NCBI RefSeq assembly: GCF_036507355.1
Contig: NZ_AP027877.1
From: Escherichia coli
GTDB lineage: Bacteria > Pseudomonadota > Gammaproteobacteria > Enterobacterales > Enterobacteriaceae
DNA: 64,000 nucleotides
Direction: 5' to 3' (one strand)
The first letter of the stretch is position 1, and the number at the start of each line of letters is the position of its first letter. Shown here one piece after another: positions 44,662 through 57,148 of this stretch. The translations under genes were made by a program, and so were the position numbers. The notes under the pieces are model-generated. The model was not told the DNA's origin. It did not search any database and saw only the letters and a program-made list of their open reading frames with translations.

Positions 44662-44719
44662 ATTCTTCTCCCGAAAAAAAACAGGGCTTGCGCCCTGTTT
44701 CTTTAATACAGATGATGTA

Positions 44720-45178
44720 TTAGTACTGATGAGCGGTCGCGTTGTTACCAAAGCCAACCTGAGTTACGTTGACGGTGGAATTAGATGCAGTCTGGTCAAC
44801 CGCTGCACCGTTGCCGCCACCGAACTGTTTAACTGTCATATGAGAGTCTTTACCGTTCCACTGATCAAGAGTGGCGCTGTTACCAAAGCCACGTTGGGTC
44901 AGATCGATTGAGCTGTCATCTGAGCCCTGACCAACATCTGCACCGTTACCACCACCATGCTGGGTAATAGTAAGATCAGAGTTACGAGCATCAGCTTGCA
45001 GAGCAAGTGCAGAGTTACCACCACCGTACTGATAAATATTCAGCTCTGAATTCGGGCCGCTGTTATTACCGCCACCACCGTGGTTACCGCCACCGCCGCC
45101 GTACTGAGGAACAACACCTGCCAGAGCGCTACCGGAGAATACGATTGCTGCAATTGCTGCTACTTTTAAAAGTTTCAT
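44720..45178 (-). CDS. csgA: Major curlin subunit
   Basis: ORF track 152 aa; signal peptide, Gly-rich N22 segment, five imperfect repeats. Confidence 0.95.
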   Translation of the reverse strand: MKLLKVAAIAAIVFSGSALAGVVPQYGGGGGNHGGGGNNSGPNSELNIYQYGGGNSALALQADARNSDLTITQHGGGNGADVGQGSDDSSIDLTQRGFGNSATLDQWNGKDSHMTVKQFGGGNGAAVDQTASNSTVNVTQVGFGNNATAHQY

Positions 45179-45218
45179 GTAAAACCCCCATCGGATTGAT
45201 TTAAAAGTCGAATGGAAA

Positions 45219-45674
45219 TTAACGTTGTGTCACGCGAATAGCCATTTGCGACTGTCTCTGCACTACAATTGCCGTTTTTTGAGTACCATACTGTGTAATA
45301 TTTGCTTTATTACCAGAACCTTTCTGGATAATCATCGCTGTATTACCATAAGCACCTTGCGAAATACTGGCATCGTTGGCACTGCCCGCCTGATCAATAT
45401 ATGCAAGGTTATAATCTCCTGTCTGGTCAATCTTTGCCCGGTTGCTACTACCTTCTTGCGCAACAACCGCCAAAAGTTTTGAGCCTCCCTGCCGTAACTG
45501 AGCACTATTATTAGTCCCAGCTTGACCAATTATGGCTGCCTGATTAAATGAAGACTTACTCAATTCATTTACCGCGAAGTTATATTCTGAATTAGCTAAA
45601 TCATAACCTGCTGCGGCTGCAATCCCAGGCGCACCCAGTATTGTTAACATCATAAATAACAATTTGTTTTTCAT
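45219..45674 (-). CDS. csgB: Minor curlin / nucleator
   Basis: Internal start MKNKLLFMMLTILGAPGIAAA within ORF track 45219..45701; 151 aa. Confidence 0.94.
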   Translation of the reverse strand: MKNKLLFMMLTILGAPGIAAAAGYDLANSEYNFAVNELSKSSFNQAAIIGQAGTNNSAQLRQGGSKLLAVVAQEGSSNRAKIDQTGDYNLAYIDQAGSANDASISQGAYGNTAMIIQKGSGNKANITQYGTQKTAIVVQRQSQMAIRVTQR

Positions 45675-46427
45675 GTTGTCACCCTGGACCTGGTCGTACA
45701 TTTAAGAAATTAAATCATTTCAACTTGGTTGTTAACGCAACCTGTATTTTGTTAACGCTGCGTTACGATGGAAAGTATGTCTGCGGAAATATTTTTAATA
45801 ACTCACCCGCGCGTTGTATTTTTCTTTTTTTGTTCATACCAAAGTATTAAAACCCACGTAAATACGCTGTTATCTACGCAAAAAATATTTTGTTTTCTTT
45901 TAAATCTCCGTTTTCCGCTAGCAAAAAACACCAGACAGTCATTCTTCTTGCCCGTCGCTGATTGCTGCGATATGTCTTGCGCACAAGCCGTGACAAACCT
46001 CGTCTTTTTGCAGTAAAAAATTGTCCACGGTGGTGTGGAGAAAAAACAAGAACGTTTTACATGACGAAAGGACTACACCGAAATATTTTTTATATGCATT
46101 ATTAGTAAGTTAGCACCATTTGTATGATTTTTTAAAATTGTGCAATAAAAACCAAATGTACAACTTTTCTATCATTCCTAAACTTAATAAAACCTTAAAG
46201 TTAACATTTTAATATAATGAGTTACATTTAGTTACATGTTTAACACTTGATTTAAGATTTGTAATGGCTAGATTGAAATCAGATGTAATCCATTAGTTTT
46301 ATATTTTACCCATTTAGGGCTGATTTATTACTACACACAGCAGTGCAACATCTGTCAGTACTTCTGGTGCTTCTATTTTAGAGGCAGCTGTCAGGTGTGC
46401 GATCAATAAAAAAAGCGGGGTTTCATC
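45675..46427. promoter_or_regulatory. Divergent csgB / csgD intergenic control region
   Basis: 753-bp non-coding, strongly A+T-rich gap between divergent curli operons; individual binding sites not resolved. Confidence 0.8.
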
Positions 46428-47078
<651 letters not shown>

Positions 47079-47082
47079 AGCC

Positions 47083-47472
47083 ATGAAACGTTATTTACGC
47101 TGGATTGTGGCGGCAGAATTTCTGTTCGCCGCAGGGAATCTTCACGCCGTTGAGGTAGAAGTCCCGGGATTGTTAACTGACCATACTGTTTCATCTATTG
47201 GCCATGATTTTTACCGAGCCTTTAGTGATAAATGGGAAAGTGACTATACGGGTAACTTAACGATTAATGAAAGGCCCAGTGCACGATGGGGAAGTTGGAT
47301 CACTATAACGGTGAATCAGGACGTTATTTTCCAGACTTTTTTATTCCCGTTGAAAAGAGACTTCGAAAAAACTGTCGTCTTTGCACTGATTCAAACTGAA
47401 GAAGCACTAAATCGTCGCCAGATAAATCAGGCGTTATTAAGTACGGGCGATTTGGCGCATGATGAATTCTAA
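47083..47472 (+). CDS. csgE: Curli secretion specificity factor
   Basis: ORF track 129 aa. Confidence 0.94.
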
Positions 47473-47496
47473 ATAAAAAATTGTTCGGAGGCTGCA

Positions 47497-47913
47497 ATGC
47501 GTGTCAAACATGCAGTAGTTCTACTTATGCTTATTTCGCCATTAAGTTGGGCTGGAACCATGACTTTCCAGTTCCGTAATCCAAACTTTGGTGGTAACCC
47601 AAATAATGGCGCTTTTTTATTAAATAGCGCCCAGGCCCAAAACTCTTATAAAGATCCGAGCTATAACGATGACTTTGGTATTGAAACGCCCTCAGCGTTA
47701 GATAACTTTACTCAGGCCATCCAGTCACAAATTTTAGGTGGGCTACTGTCGAATATTAATACCGGCAAACCGGGCCGCATGGTGACCAACGATTATATCG
47801 TTGATATTGCTAACCGCGATGGTCAATTGCAGTTGAACGTGACAGATCGTAAAACCGGACAAACCTCGACTATCCAGGTTTCGGGTTTACAAAATAACTC
47901 AACCGATTTTTAA
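47497..47913 (+). CDS. csgF: Curli nucleation / assembly factor
   Basis: ORF track 138 aa. Confidence 0.94.
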
Positions 47914-47939
47914 GCCCCAGCTTCATAAGGAAAATAATC

Positions 47940-48773
47940 ATGCAGCGCTTATTTCTTTTGGTTGCCGTCATGTTACTGAGCGGATGCTTAACCGCCCCGC
48001 CTAAAGAAGCCGCCAGGCCGACATTAATGCCTCGAGCTCAGAGCTACAAAGATTTGACCCATCTGCCAGCGCCGACGGGTAAGATCTTTGTTTCGGTATA
48101 CAACATTCAGGACGAAACCGGGCAATTTAAACCCTACCCGGCAAGTAACTTCTCCACTGCTGTTCCGCAAAGCGCCACGGCAATGCTGGTCACGGCATTG
48201 AAAGATTCTCGCTGGTTTATACCGCTGGAGCGCCAGGGCTTACAAAACCTGCTTAACGAGCGCAAGATTATTCGTGCGGCACAAGAAAACGGCACGGTTG
48301 CCATTAATAACCGAATCCCGCTGCAATCTTTAACGGCGGCAAATATCATGGTTGAAGGTTCGATTATCGGTTATGAAAGCAACGTCAAATCTGGCGGGGT
48401 TGGGGCAAGATATTTTGGGATCGGTGCCGACACGCAATACCAGCTCGATCAGATTGCCGTGAACCTGCGCGTCGTCAATGTGAGTACCGGTGAGATCCTC
48501 TCCTCGGTGAACACCAGTAAGACGATACTTTCCTATGAAGTTCAGGCTGGGGTTTTCCGCTTTATTGACTACCAGCGCTTGCTGGAAGGGGAAGTGGGTT
48601 ACACCTCGAACGAACCCGTTATGCTGTGCCTGATGTCGGCTATCGAAACAGGGGTCATTTTCCTGATTAATGATGGTATTGACCGTGGTCTGTGGGATTT
48701 GCAGAACAAAGCAGAACGGCAGAACGACATTCTGGTGAAATACCGCCATATGTCGGTTCCACCGGAATCCTGA
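47940..48773 (+). CDS. csgG: Curli secretion channel lipoprotein
   Basis: ORF track 277 aa, MQRLFLLVAVMLLSGC lipobox. Confidence 0.95.
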   Translation: MQRLFLLVAVMLLSGCLTAPPKEAARPTLMPRAQSYKDLTHLPAPTGKIFVSVYNIQDETGQFKPYPASNFSTAVPQSATAMLVTALKDSRWFIPLERQGLQNLLNERKIIRAAQENGTVAINNRIPLQSLTAANIMVEGSIIGYESNVKSGGVGARYFGIGADTQYQLDQIAVNLRVVNVSTGEILSSVNTSKTILSYEVQAGVFRFIDYQRLLEGEVGYTSNEPVMLCLMSAIETGVIFLINDGIDRGLWDLQNKAERQNDILVKYRHMSVPPES

Positions 48774-48836
48774 CAGATAAAAAAGCCGGAATTATCATCC
48801 GGCATTTTACTGTTTAAGCGAAAGCGTGAGTGCCCC

Positions 48837-49328
48837 TCACGCTTTATTTTTGATTTCCTGCTCACGGTGCGCCGTCTTTGCACTACGCGCCGCCAGCCAC
48901 AGGCCGCTGTTTTTCATTGCGTAACCAAATATCAACCCAAGCGCCAGCGAAGGTAACACCAGTTTCCAGTCACCCTGCCCGGCAAACGTCGCGCATGCGC
49001 CTATAAACGTTCCCGGAACAAATGAAAGCAGCAGCTGTTTGGCCTGAATACACATCAGAAACGCGACAATACCGGTTATGACATAACCGAGAATTTCCAG
49101 ATGTGGTGCCAGTGCACTACCGTAAATAATGACCATCGCCCACACCACGCCACTAAGCAGGGTTGCAGCGGAGATCGCCAGCCCTTTCAGCCCACCTTGC
49201 GGGCAGGCAAAGTAGGCCGTACAGCCCAGGAAGCCCGCCCAGCTTAGTAAGCCCAGGGAAACAGCCACCCATCCCCAGATACCGGAGAGAATGCCTGTTG
49301 TGATTGCAATAGAGAGAAGTATGTTCAT
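48837..49328 (-). CDS. ycdZ: Inner membrane protein YcdZ
   Basis: Internal start MNILLSIAITTGILSG within ORF track 48837..49376; 163 aa. Confidence 0.85.
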   Translation of the reverse strand: MNILLSIAITTGILSGIWGWVAVSLGLLSWAGFLGCTAYFACPQGGLKGLAISAATLLSGVVWAMVIIYGSALAPHLEILGYVITGIVAFLMCIQAKQLLLSFVPGTFIGACATFAGQGDWKLVLPSLALGLIFGYAMKNSGLWLAARSAKTAHREQEIKNKA

Positions 49329-49429
49329 GCCGCGCATGATAGCAGAAAACGCGTCCATGAATGAGATCGAGCACACATTTTATGCAACAGCAAATTATCT
49401 GTTGCAGTTATGAGTGACGCAGATCACAT

Positions 49430-49984
49430 TTACTCTTCAGAATCTTCTTCCAGCTCGTCCCACATTGCACTAATGGCATCGCGGGTTAGCGGTGCCATGG
49501 TGCGCCAGAAAGGCGTGGTTGCATGGGCCTCCACTTTGCCAAGGAACGCACCACACCAGGGTAACAGATACTCACTGAACAGTGTTTCCAGTGCTTCGCT
49601 CTCATCTTCCGTTGACTGATCTTCCAGCCAGGAAGCCGCAAGCAGCAATGTGCCGATGTGATCGGCAGGCGTATCCGCTAATGGCATCCCTCGTTCAGAA
49701 AGAAAAGCGCGCACTTCCGCTTCCGTTGCGTCCTCAACCCATGCGCTACGATATGGCGGCACGGCACATTCATCGCCGATAAACAACGCATTGTAATCGG
49801 CAGAGACTTGCGTCATATCACAGCTTTTCTGCAAACGTGTCAGCAACTCATCCTGCTCCAGTGGCCAGTTCGCAGCCAGTTTCCCCTCACGAATCAGGGT
49901 AAACAGCGGCACCAGTAAAGGATCTTGTGGTTGGCGGTAATAGAGCGAACCCAGCACACGACAGAGGATAGAAAACTCGTTCAT
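49430..49984 (-). CDS. ycdY: TorD-family chaperone YcdY
   Basis: ORF track 184 aa. Confidence 0.9.
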   Translation of the reverse strand: MNEFSILCRVLGSLYYRQPQDPLLVPLFTLIREGKLAANWPLEQDELLTRLQKSCDMTQVSADYNALFIGDECAVPPYRSAWVEDATEAEVRAFLSERGMPLADTPADHIGTLLLAASWLEDQSTEDESEALETLFSEYLLPWCGAFLGKVEAHATTPFWRTMAPLTRDAISAMWDELEEDSEE

Positions 49985-50007
49985 TAATATATTTCCATTA
50001 CTAGTAA

Positions 50008-50745
50008 TTAAAGGTCTGCAAATTCCGCAATCGGTGCCATACCGCGAGATTCAAGGAAGTTCAGTAAGCGGCGCGGAGAAACATTCAAAATGCGCTCTGG
50101 CGGAAAATCTACCGCGTCGAGGATTTTAAGACACTCTTCAAATTCCCCCATGGTAAACGCGGTGTGAGAATCCGAGCCTAATGCCACCCAACCTCCAGCA
50201 TCACGTACCGCTGCGGCTACCGCACGACAGTTGTCTTCACTGCCCTTACGTGAGTGTAAAAATGAGGAATTATTGATTTCCAGCGCCACCTGATGTTTCG
50301 CGGCTGCTTCAGCAACGGCTTTAACATCTATTTCATATTTCGGATTTCCGGGATGGCTTATTATATGCACATTGCCGCTGGCGATAGTGGCGATCATCGC
50401 TTGTGTATTGGTCGCTTTGTCATGTGGTGCAAAAACCGGCTCATGAAAACCGGCAATAATCAGATCCAGCGAGTCAAACATTTTACCGCTGCAATCAATT
50501 TCACCATCAACATTTTTAATGTTAGCTTCGATGCCGCGCAGGATCCCTACCCCATCAACCACTCGCGGCCAGATACGCATGTTAATGAAGTGCCAGTGAT
50601 GCGGCGCATCTTCCATGTCCGGGCCATGATCGGTAATCGCAAAAAGTTTAATGCCCTTTTGTTTGGCCTGGGCAATGTAATCACTCAATGTGCTATATGC
50701 ATGTGTGCTGGCAACAGTATGCATATGAAGGTCGACGGGATACAT
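50008..50745 (-). CDS. ycdX: PHP-family phosphatase YcdX
   Basis: ORF track 245 aa, [21 protein letters not shown] motif. Confidence 0.92.
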
Positions 50746-50799
50746 AACTCTCTCCTCTATTCAATTCCCGCCAAGGATAGCAGGAATCCTGATGCTTTA

Positions 50800-51777
<978 letters not shown>

Positions 51778-51971
51778 TTATCGTTATGATCTACAAAGAC
51801 CACCAGCATAACAAATCCGTGGTCGGTGGCAAAAAAAGCAGATTTCGCTTATTAAAACTGCATATTGATTGAAGTTTGAATAAACGCGCGATTTTTTAAA
51901 AAAGTTTGTTGACCTCAGGTCATGATTTCCCTAAATTAGCGCCCGTTCCAGCAAGACAGGAACGACAATTT

Positions 51972-52059
51972 GGTGAGGTGTCCGAGTGGCTGAAGGAGCA
52001 CGCCTGGAAAGTGTGTATACGGCAACGTATCGGGGGTTCGAATCCCCCCCTCACCGCCA
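51972..52059 (+). tRNA. serX: tRNA-Ser (anticodon GGA)
   Basis: 88-nt sequence ggtgaggtgtccgagtggctgaaggagcacgcctGGAaagtgtg...ggttcgaatccccccctcaccgcca with long variable arm and T-loop GTTCGAATC, followed by a hairpin plus T-run terminator. Confidence 0.92.
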
Positions 52060-52251
52060 TATTTAAAGAAGAGCTCGTACGAAAGTACGGGCTTTTTTTT
52101 CGTATATTGCACACACCGGGTGCCCCCGCCCACGTCTGTTAGGGCGAGGGGAAATCGTGCACATCAACTGTCTGGTTACTCAGTCAACAATCAAAATGCG
52201 CAAGAGAGTACAGAACATATATGTATTATCTGGTCACTTCCTATCACTTCC

Positions 52252-53238
52252 TCACTTATTAAAATGCCCCCAACGGAAATACATGTCACATGCCATCATA
52301 AAATCGTTATGCCAGAGGAATCGACAATAGAAAAAATAGTAAATTAAGCACGGTACATAGCAGAGTAAAAAATAGGCTTCAAACCAAATCCGCCATTCCA
52401 CAAGCGTTGCCAATACCGACACCAGCGTAATCCACATCACTTCAATAACCAGCAATATGAATAACCGAAGCCAAAGCGGCTTGGCAAAAAAGGTCGACAA
52501 CACATTTTCACTGGAGAAAAAGAGATCGATTTCCTGCAAAAAAAGCCTGCCCAAAAAAGCGTACCGCCTGGAGAAGCGCAGAAAAAACAGATTAATCGCC
52601 AACACTACGCCACAAAGAATGAGCAATGCAATTATCGATTTAAACGTTAACCACTGCCCCTCTATCACAAAAGAATCACTGTTACGCAACGGGCTGATAG
52701 TAAGCAGGTTAACAACCGTTGAGATGCACACCGAAAGCAGCACATAGCGAGTCAGACTTCTATATTTTACTTTTTTCGCTACTGAAATAGCGACCTGCTT
52801 GACATAACTGGTGCGGATCATCCGAAACAGCAGAAAGATAACCAACGGCCCAAGTAACGAAATCAGGAACAGCGTATATAACGAGGGTAGAAGCTGGTAT
52901 AGCCCCCAACTCATTGCACTCAACATGATTAACGACAGAAATCCTGCCACCAGAGGTTGTGTAAGAAATAATTCTATTTTGTGGTTCTGCTTTTTCTTAA
53001 ACCACGAAAAATCGATATTCTTCGTGACGCATTTATAAGCCCAGTACGCCTTGAGATCAAAAATAAAATTATACAGCACCAGGGCCAGAATCCCACTAAC
53101 GACACCAATATCCTCTGATGGAAAAGTAAATCCTGCATTTTTCCAATAAAAGCCTATCAGAATAAGTCCAATAGCATAAATGTATATCAGACTTCGTTTA
53201 TCCTGAAAGCGAATAAAAGTTAAATAATCAGGAATCAT
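52252..53238 (-). CDS. ycdU: Polytopic inner membrane protein YcdU
   Basis: ORF track 328 aa; very hydrophobic and A+T-rich; start overlaps the stop of the upstream acyltransferase gene by 4 nt. Confidence 0.85.
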   Translation of the reverse strand: MIPDYLTFIRFQDKRSLIYIYAIGLILIGFYWKNAGFTFPSEDIGVVSGILALVLYNFIFDLKAYWAYKCVTKNIDFSWFKKKQNHKIELFLTQPLVAGFLSLIMLSAMSWGLYQLLPSLYTLFLISLLGPLVIFLLFRMIRTSYVKQVAISVAKKVKYRSLTRYVLLSVCISTVVNLLTISPLRNSDSFVIEGQWLTFKSIIALLILCGVVLAINLFFLRFSRRYAFLGRLFLQEIDLFFSSENVLSTFFAKPLWLRLFILLVIEVMWITLVSVLATLVEWRIWFEAYFLLCYVPCLIYYFFYCRFLWHNDFMMACDMYFRWGHFNK

Positions 53239-54179
53239 TTGAATACCTTCGCATCACTAAATGCTTTACGACAATGCATAACTCGTTGCTGATCCACGCC
53301 AGCGAAATCATTTAACATATTCCCCAAATAGGGCTTATTACTTATTTCAAGGAAAGCTACCGAGGTTGGCATATTCAGAAATGTATCGAGAGATTCAGTC
53401 CATTTCACCGTATGAGTTAAGTGTAATGAGAGATTTTCTTTGATAATTGACGGAGCGACCTCGCTTTTTGCTGTTACGTTCATCAGAACCTGATGCTCTG
53501 GCGAAGCGATATCCAGTCCGGCAAGATAATCGCGCATTGCCTGAACGCCGTCTTCCATCAAACGCGTGTGCCAGGCACCGCTCACACCGAGTTTAACCGG
53601 TTCGTATCCAGCGGCCATCAGCAGCGTGGCAAATTCATTCAACGCAGCCTGCGTTCCCCCAATAACCTGCTGGCGCGGCGTGTTATCACAGCTAATATCC
53701 AGCGCAATGCCTGATTCCGTAATCATCGTCTGCAGTTGTTCGCGGTTGATGCCTTTAACCGCCAGCATTGCGCCTTTATTTCTCTGGCTTTCATCATGCA
53801 TCAGGCTGGCTCTGAAGTGAATCATGCCAAATAGCGTCTCAAGAGAAATAGCTCCAGCGGCGTAGAGCGCACTGTATTCACCAACGCTGTGTCCGCAGGA
53901 GCCCACAACCGTTAAATTCTCAAGACGCTCGCGGCACAGGGTATAGAGCGTTACATTAATTGCGGTCACCGCCAGTTGTTGTACCGTCGTTTGAATAAGG
54001 CGATTCATCGGCCCTTTCTGACACAGGCGACGCAGGTTCAGTCCGGAAATATCGCTGGCACAATCCCAGATATGTTTTGTACTGGCGTTGAGATCCCAAA
54101 GATCGCTGCCCATACCAATAACCGGATTACCCTGACCGGCAAAAAGCAGTACTGTCGGTTGTGAAGCATTATTCATCAT
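53235..54179 (-). CDS. FabD-like acyltransferase (malonyl-CoA:ACP transacylase family)
   Basis: ORF track 314 aa; [15 protein letters not shown]-terminal motif and [14 protein letters not shown] active-site Ser motif typical of the acyltransferase-1 fold. Confidence 0.75.
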   Translation of the reverse strand: MMNNASQPTVLLFAGQGNPVIGMGSDLWDLNASTKHIWDCASDISGLNLRRLCQKGPMNRLIQTTVQQLAVTAINVTLYTLCRERLENLTVVGSCGHSVGEYSALYAAGAISLETLFGMIHFRASLMHDESQRNKGAMLAVKGINREQLQTMITESGIALDISCDNTPRQQVIGGTQAALNEFATLLMAAGYEPVKLGVSGAWHTRLMEDGVQAMRDYLAGLDIASPEHQVLMNVTAKSEVAPSIIKENLSLHLTHTVKWTESLDTFLNMPTSVAFLEISNKPYLGNMLNDFAGVDQQRVMHCRKAFSDAKVFK

Positions 54180-54189
54180 CTCTTTATCC

Positions 54190-55578
54190 TTATAGATAGT
54201 ATTTAAAGCCCAAATAAAGGCCTAACGTGTCGCCAAAAAGCGCAAATTCAGAATACCGACTTCCCAGCGCGCTATAGCCACCGGCATAGGCTTCAAGCTG
54301 GTTACTGATAGCACTGAGCGGCGTGGAATAATGCAGGCCCAGCAACGTGCTGCCATCAATGAGATTGACCACCAGCGAAGGCTGCAGCGTCGACTCTCCC
54401 GACAGCGGCAGACTGACCCAGGCGTTCAGATAGTGCTTACCCTGCAGCATCCCCTGATTGGCGGTATTGCTGATTTCTGAAGCCATCAGGTATTTGTAAG
54501 AATCAAATGCCTGATCCAGTGGCGCATAGCCGGTTGTGGTATTGAGGAAGTCAATTAACTCGCGCTGCTGACGCTGTTCAGCGCGCGAATAACCCTCGCT
54601 CTGAAAGTAATACTCAACGCCAAACACGCTGAAATTATCACTGGTGTACTGCCCACCCAGCGCCAGCTCCACGCCGCTTTCATCTTTCGTTTCATAGAGC
54701 GAATCCGGAAACTGATATTCCTCGACCTGCGCCGTCTCACGGTGGGAAAGATGCCGCCATTGCTGGGAGCGGTGGTAGGCTGCGTCGACATTCAGCGTAA
54801 GCTGCGGGGTGTAGTGATAACTGTCAGACAGCGCGAGTGACGGCGATGGTCCGAGCCGCACATTGACTGTCGGCGTGTGCTCACCAAAGCGATGATCGCT
54901 GAAGCTCAGCAGATAGGCTTCGTCGCTGTTTCCCTGCTGATTAGCCGACCAGTTGCCAGACGTCACATAGCGTTTGTCGATGGTGGCTAACTTCGGTATG
55001 ACACTCGCCGAAAACGCATAATCGCGTGTATCCACGCTCATTTTTGCGCCCCACGATGACGCCTGATACGCCGATGTCATTTTGGGATCGTGCAAACGCG
55101 TCGACTGGAATCCGGTGTAATAATGCGTTTGCAAATCAGAAGGCGAACGCAAAAAGAACATTCCTGACGGCGCGGCAAATTTGCCTGCTTCAAATTGAAT
55201 GCTGTCCGAGGCACTATAGACCAGACTGAGGCGGTTAATTAACGCACGCGTGCGGCTATCATCCGTTTCGAATTTCCCTGCGGGTTTAAGCGCATATTCG
55301 TTTATTCCATACAGATTGAGCTTAAGGTCCAGCGTATTGTCGATTATCGAACAACCACTGTTGATGCCAATCCCCGCCTCCTGATAACCGTTGTGACGAG
55401 TGTAGGGATTTTTGCCTGCAATCTGCCAGGCCGAAGCCTGTTTATTGACATAAGACACCTGCTCGTAAAGCGTCACATCGCTGTTTTGTGCCACCTCGTC
55501 ACCTGACAGGCAATCCGCCTGTACCGTCAACGGCAGCGCAACACACAGCAACGAAGAGATCTTCAGCGTACGTTTCAT
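54190..55578 (-). CDS. Putative outer-membrane protein, function unknown
   Basis: ORF track 462 aa; signal peptide MKRTLKISSLLCVALPLTVQA; Tyr/Gly/Ser-rich, no long hydrophobic helices, consistent with a beta-barrel. Confidence 0.55.
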   Translation of the reverse strand: MKRTLKISSLLCVALPLTVQADCLSGDEVAQNSDVTLYEQVSYVNKQASAWQIAGKNPYTRHNGYQEAGIGINSGCSIIDNTLDLKLNLYGINEYALKPAGKFETDDSRTRALINRLSLVYSASDSIQFEAGKFAAPSGMFFLRSPSDLQTHYYTGFQSTRLHDPKMTSAYQASSWGAKMSVDTRDYAFSASVIPKLATIDKRYVTSGNWSANQQGNSDEAYLLSFSDHRFGEHTPTVNVRLGPSPSLALSDSYHYTPQLTLNVDAAYHRSQQWRHLSHRETAQVEEYQFPDSLYETKDESGVELALGGQYTSDNFSVFGVEYYFQSEGYSRAEQRQQRELIDFLNTTTGYAPLDQAFDSYKYLMASEISNTANQGMLQGKHYLNAWVSLPLSGESTLQPSLVVNLIDGSTLLGLHYSTPLSAISNQLEAYAGGYSALGSRYSEFALFGDTLGLYLGFKYYL

Positions 55579-56233
55579 TTCGCACCTCGCTGAATATACT
55601 CTTTGGTGAAATGAAACTCCTGCAGCGATTCCAGACGAACATCGCTGTACTCCATCACTGAATAGTTATTGCCGTGACGGACGTCGGTAACGGTTATTTT
55701 CATGGGTCGCGTTTTCCCCAACACCGGCTGGAAATCCTGATACAACACTTCTTTTATTAACTGGTCATCCTGCGAGTAATAGGCTGCCTTCCACGGGCGA
55801 TTATCACCGTCTTTTTCAACGTAATAGATAACCTTCGGCCAGGTGATATCCGCCGATTTACGCACCAGCGCCAGCTTGTAACACTGCTTTTCAGCACACG
55901 TGACTTCCCCCACCAGGGTCGAGTCATAGGCATATTCAAAGTTAGTGACAATGACATCGCCGTTAGAGATTTGCCCAATTAATCTTTGTTGCCGTGAAAT
56001 AGGCATAGGACGTCGCAGTTCCGGCGTGTAAAACCATAAATCGTACCAGTCGGAAAGCATGATTTTTCCTTTATCTCGCGGCGGATAAATAAAACGCACC
56101 AGCGAGCGTGCATCCGCTTTTTCATTACCCTGCGGTTTCATAAAGCGCATGGAAATATCGAGGACCTGTTTATTCTCTGGCTGGGTTGTGCCCGCTTTAT
56201 ATTCCGTTACCGTCAGCGTGTAACGAAACGGTT

Positions 56234-56242
56234 TATTCGGCG
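56234..56242. repeat. Left 9-bp target-site duplication of IS1 copy 1 (TATTCGGCG)
   Basis: Identical 9-mer directly flanks both IS1 ends. Confidence 0.9.
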
Positions 56243-56297
56243 GGTGATGCTGCCAACTTACTGATTTAGTGTATGATGGTGTTTTTGAGGTGCTCCA

Positions 56298-56573
56298 GTG
56301 GCTTCTGTTTCTATCAGCTGTCCCTCCTGTTCAGCTACTGACGGGGTGGTGCGTAACGGCAAAAGCACCGCCGGACATCAGCGCTATCTCTGCTCTCACT
56401 GTCGTAAAACATGGCAACTGCAGTTCACTTACACCGCTTCTCAACCCGGTACGCACCAGAAAATCATTGATATGGCCATGAATGGCGTTGGATGCCGGGC
56501 AACAGCCCGCATTATGGGCGTTGGCCTCAACACGATTTTACGTCACTTAAAAAACTCAGGCCGCAGTCGGTAA
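56298..56573 (+). CDS. insA: IS1 InsA
   Basis: ORF track 91 aa, zinc-finger CxxC...CxxC. Confidence 0.93.
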
Positions 56574-56995
56574 CCTCGCGCATACAGCCGGGCAGTGACG
56601 TCATCGTCTGCGCGGAAATGGACGAACAGTGGGGCTATGTCGGGGCTAAATCGCGCCAGCGCTGGCTGTTTTACGCGTATGACAGGCTCCGGAAGACGGT
56701 TGTTGCGCACGTATTCGGTGAACGCACGATGGCGACGCTGGGGCGTCTTATGAGCCTGCTGTCACCCTTTGACGTGGTGATATGGATGACGGATGGCTGG
56801 CCGCTGTATGAATCCCGCCTGAAGGGAAAGCTGCACGTAATCAGCAAGCGATATACGCAGCGAATTGAGCGGCATAACCTGAATCTGAGGCAGCACCTGG
56901 CACGGCTGGGACGGAAGTCGCTGTCGTTCTCAAAATCGGTGGAGCTGCATGACAAAGTCATCGGGCATTATCTGAACATAAAACACTATCAATAA
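56492..56995 (+). CDS. insB: IS1 InsB (transposase made as an InsAB' frameshift fusion)
   Basis: ORF track 167 aa, overlaps insA in the -1 frame. Confidence 0.93.
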
Positions 56996-57010
56996 GTTGG
57001 AGTCATTACC

Positions 57011-57019
57011 TATTCGGCG
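57011..57019. repeat. Right 9-bp target-site duplication of IS1 copy 1 (TATTCGGCG)
   Basis: Identical to 56234..56242. Confidence 0.9.
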
Positions 57020-57148
57020 AACGAATTTCGTCAGCGCGACGAATTATCTCCAGCGCCTTATCATCTGTGCTCGCCGCCTGAACGCACGACGTAGCGAGCC
57101 ACAGGCAAGCAAACCACTTGCCGTAAAAAGCCATATTCATAATTAGCC

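Larger units (their letters stand above)
56243..57010 (+). mobile_element. IS1, 768 bp, intact
   Basis: Terminal inverted repeats GGTGATGCTGCCAACTTACTGAT ... ATCAATAAGTTGGAGTCATTACC; insA and insB ORFs. Confidence 0.95.
55575..57140 (-). pseudogene. Secreted protein gene split by IS1 (possible LolA-like carrier, unverified)
   Basis: N-terminal piece 57140..57011 (MNMAFYGKWFACLWLATSCVQAAS signal peptide) and C-terminal piece 56233..55575 are in the same frame once IS1 plus one 9-bp duplication are removed, giving a 262-aa ORF. Confidence 0.8.

Noticed and set aside
44720-45178. CsgA reported as 152 aa, one Gly longer in the N-terminal glycine run than I remember for K-12
   Set aside because: My recollection of the reference length is not reliable enough to call this a variant; needs alignment.
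45768-46016. 82-aa ORF in the csgB-csgD intergenic region
   Set aside because: Inside an A+T-rich regulatory region with a Phe/Leu-rich translation typical of random A/T frames; no start signals.
51906-52142. Three short ORFs overlapping tRNA-Ser
   Set aside because: They overlap a confidently identified tRNA and its terminator.
52060-52251. Possible integrase or attachment site remnant next to tRNA-Ser
   Set aside because: No integrase ORF and no obvious repeat of the tRNA 3' end in the window; only compositional evidence for an islet.
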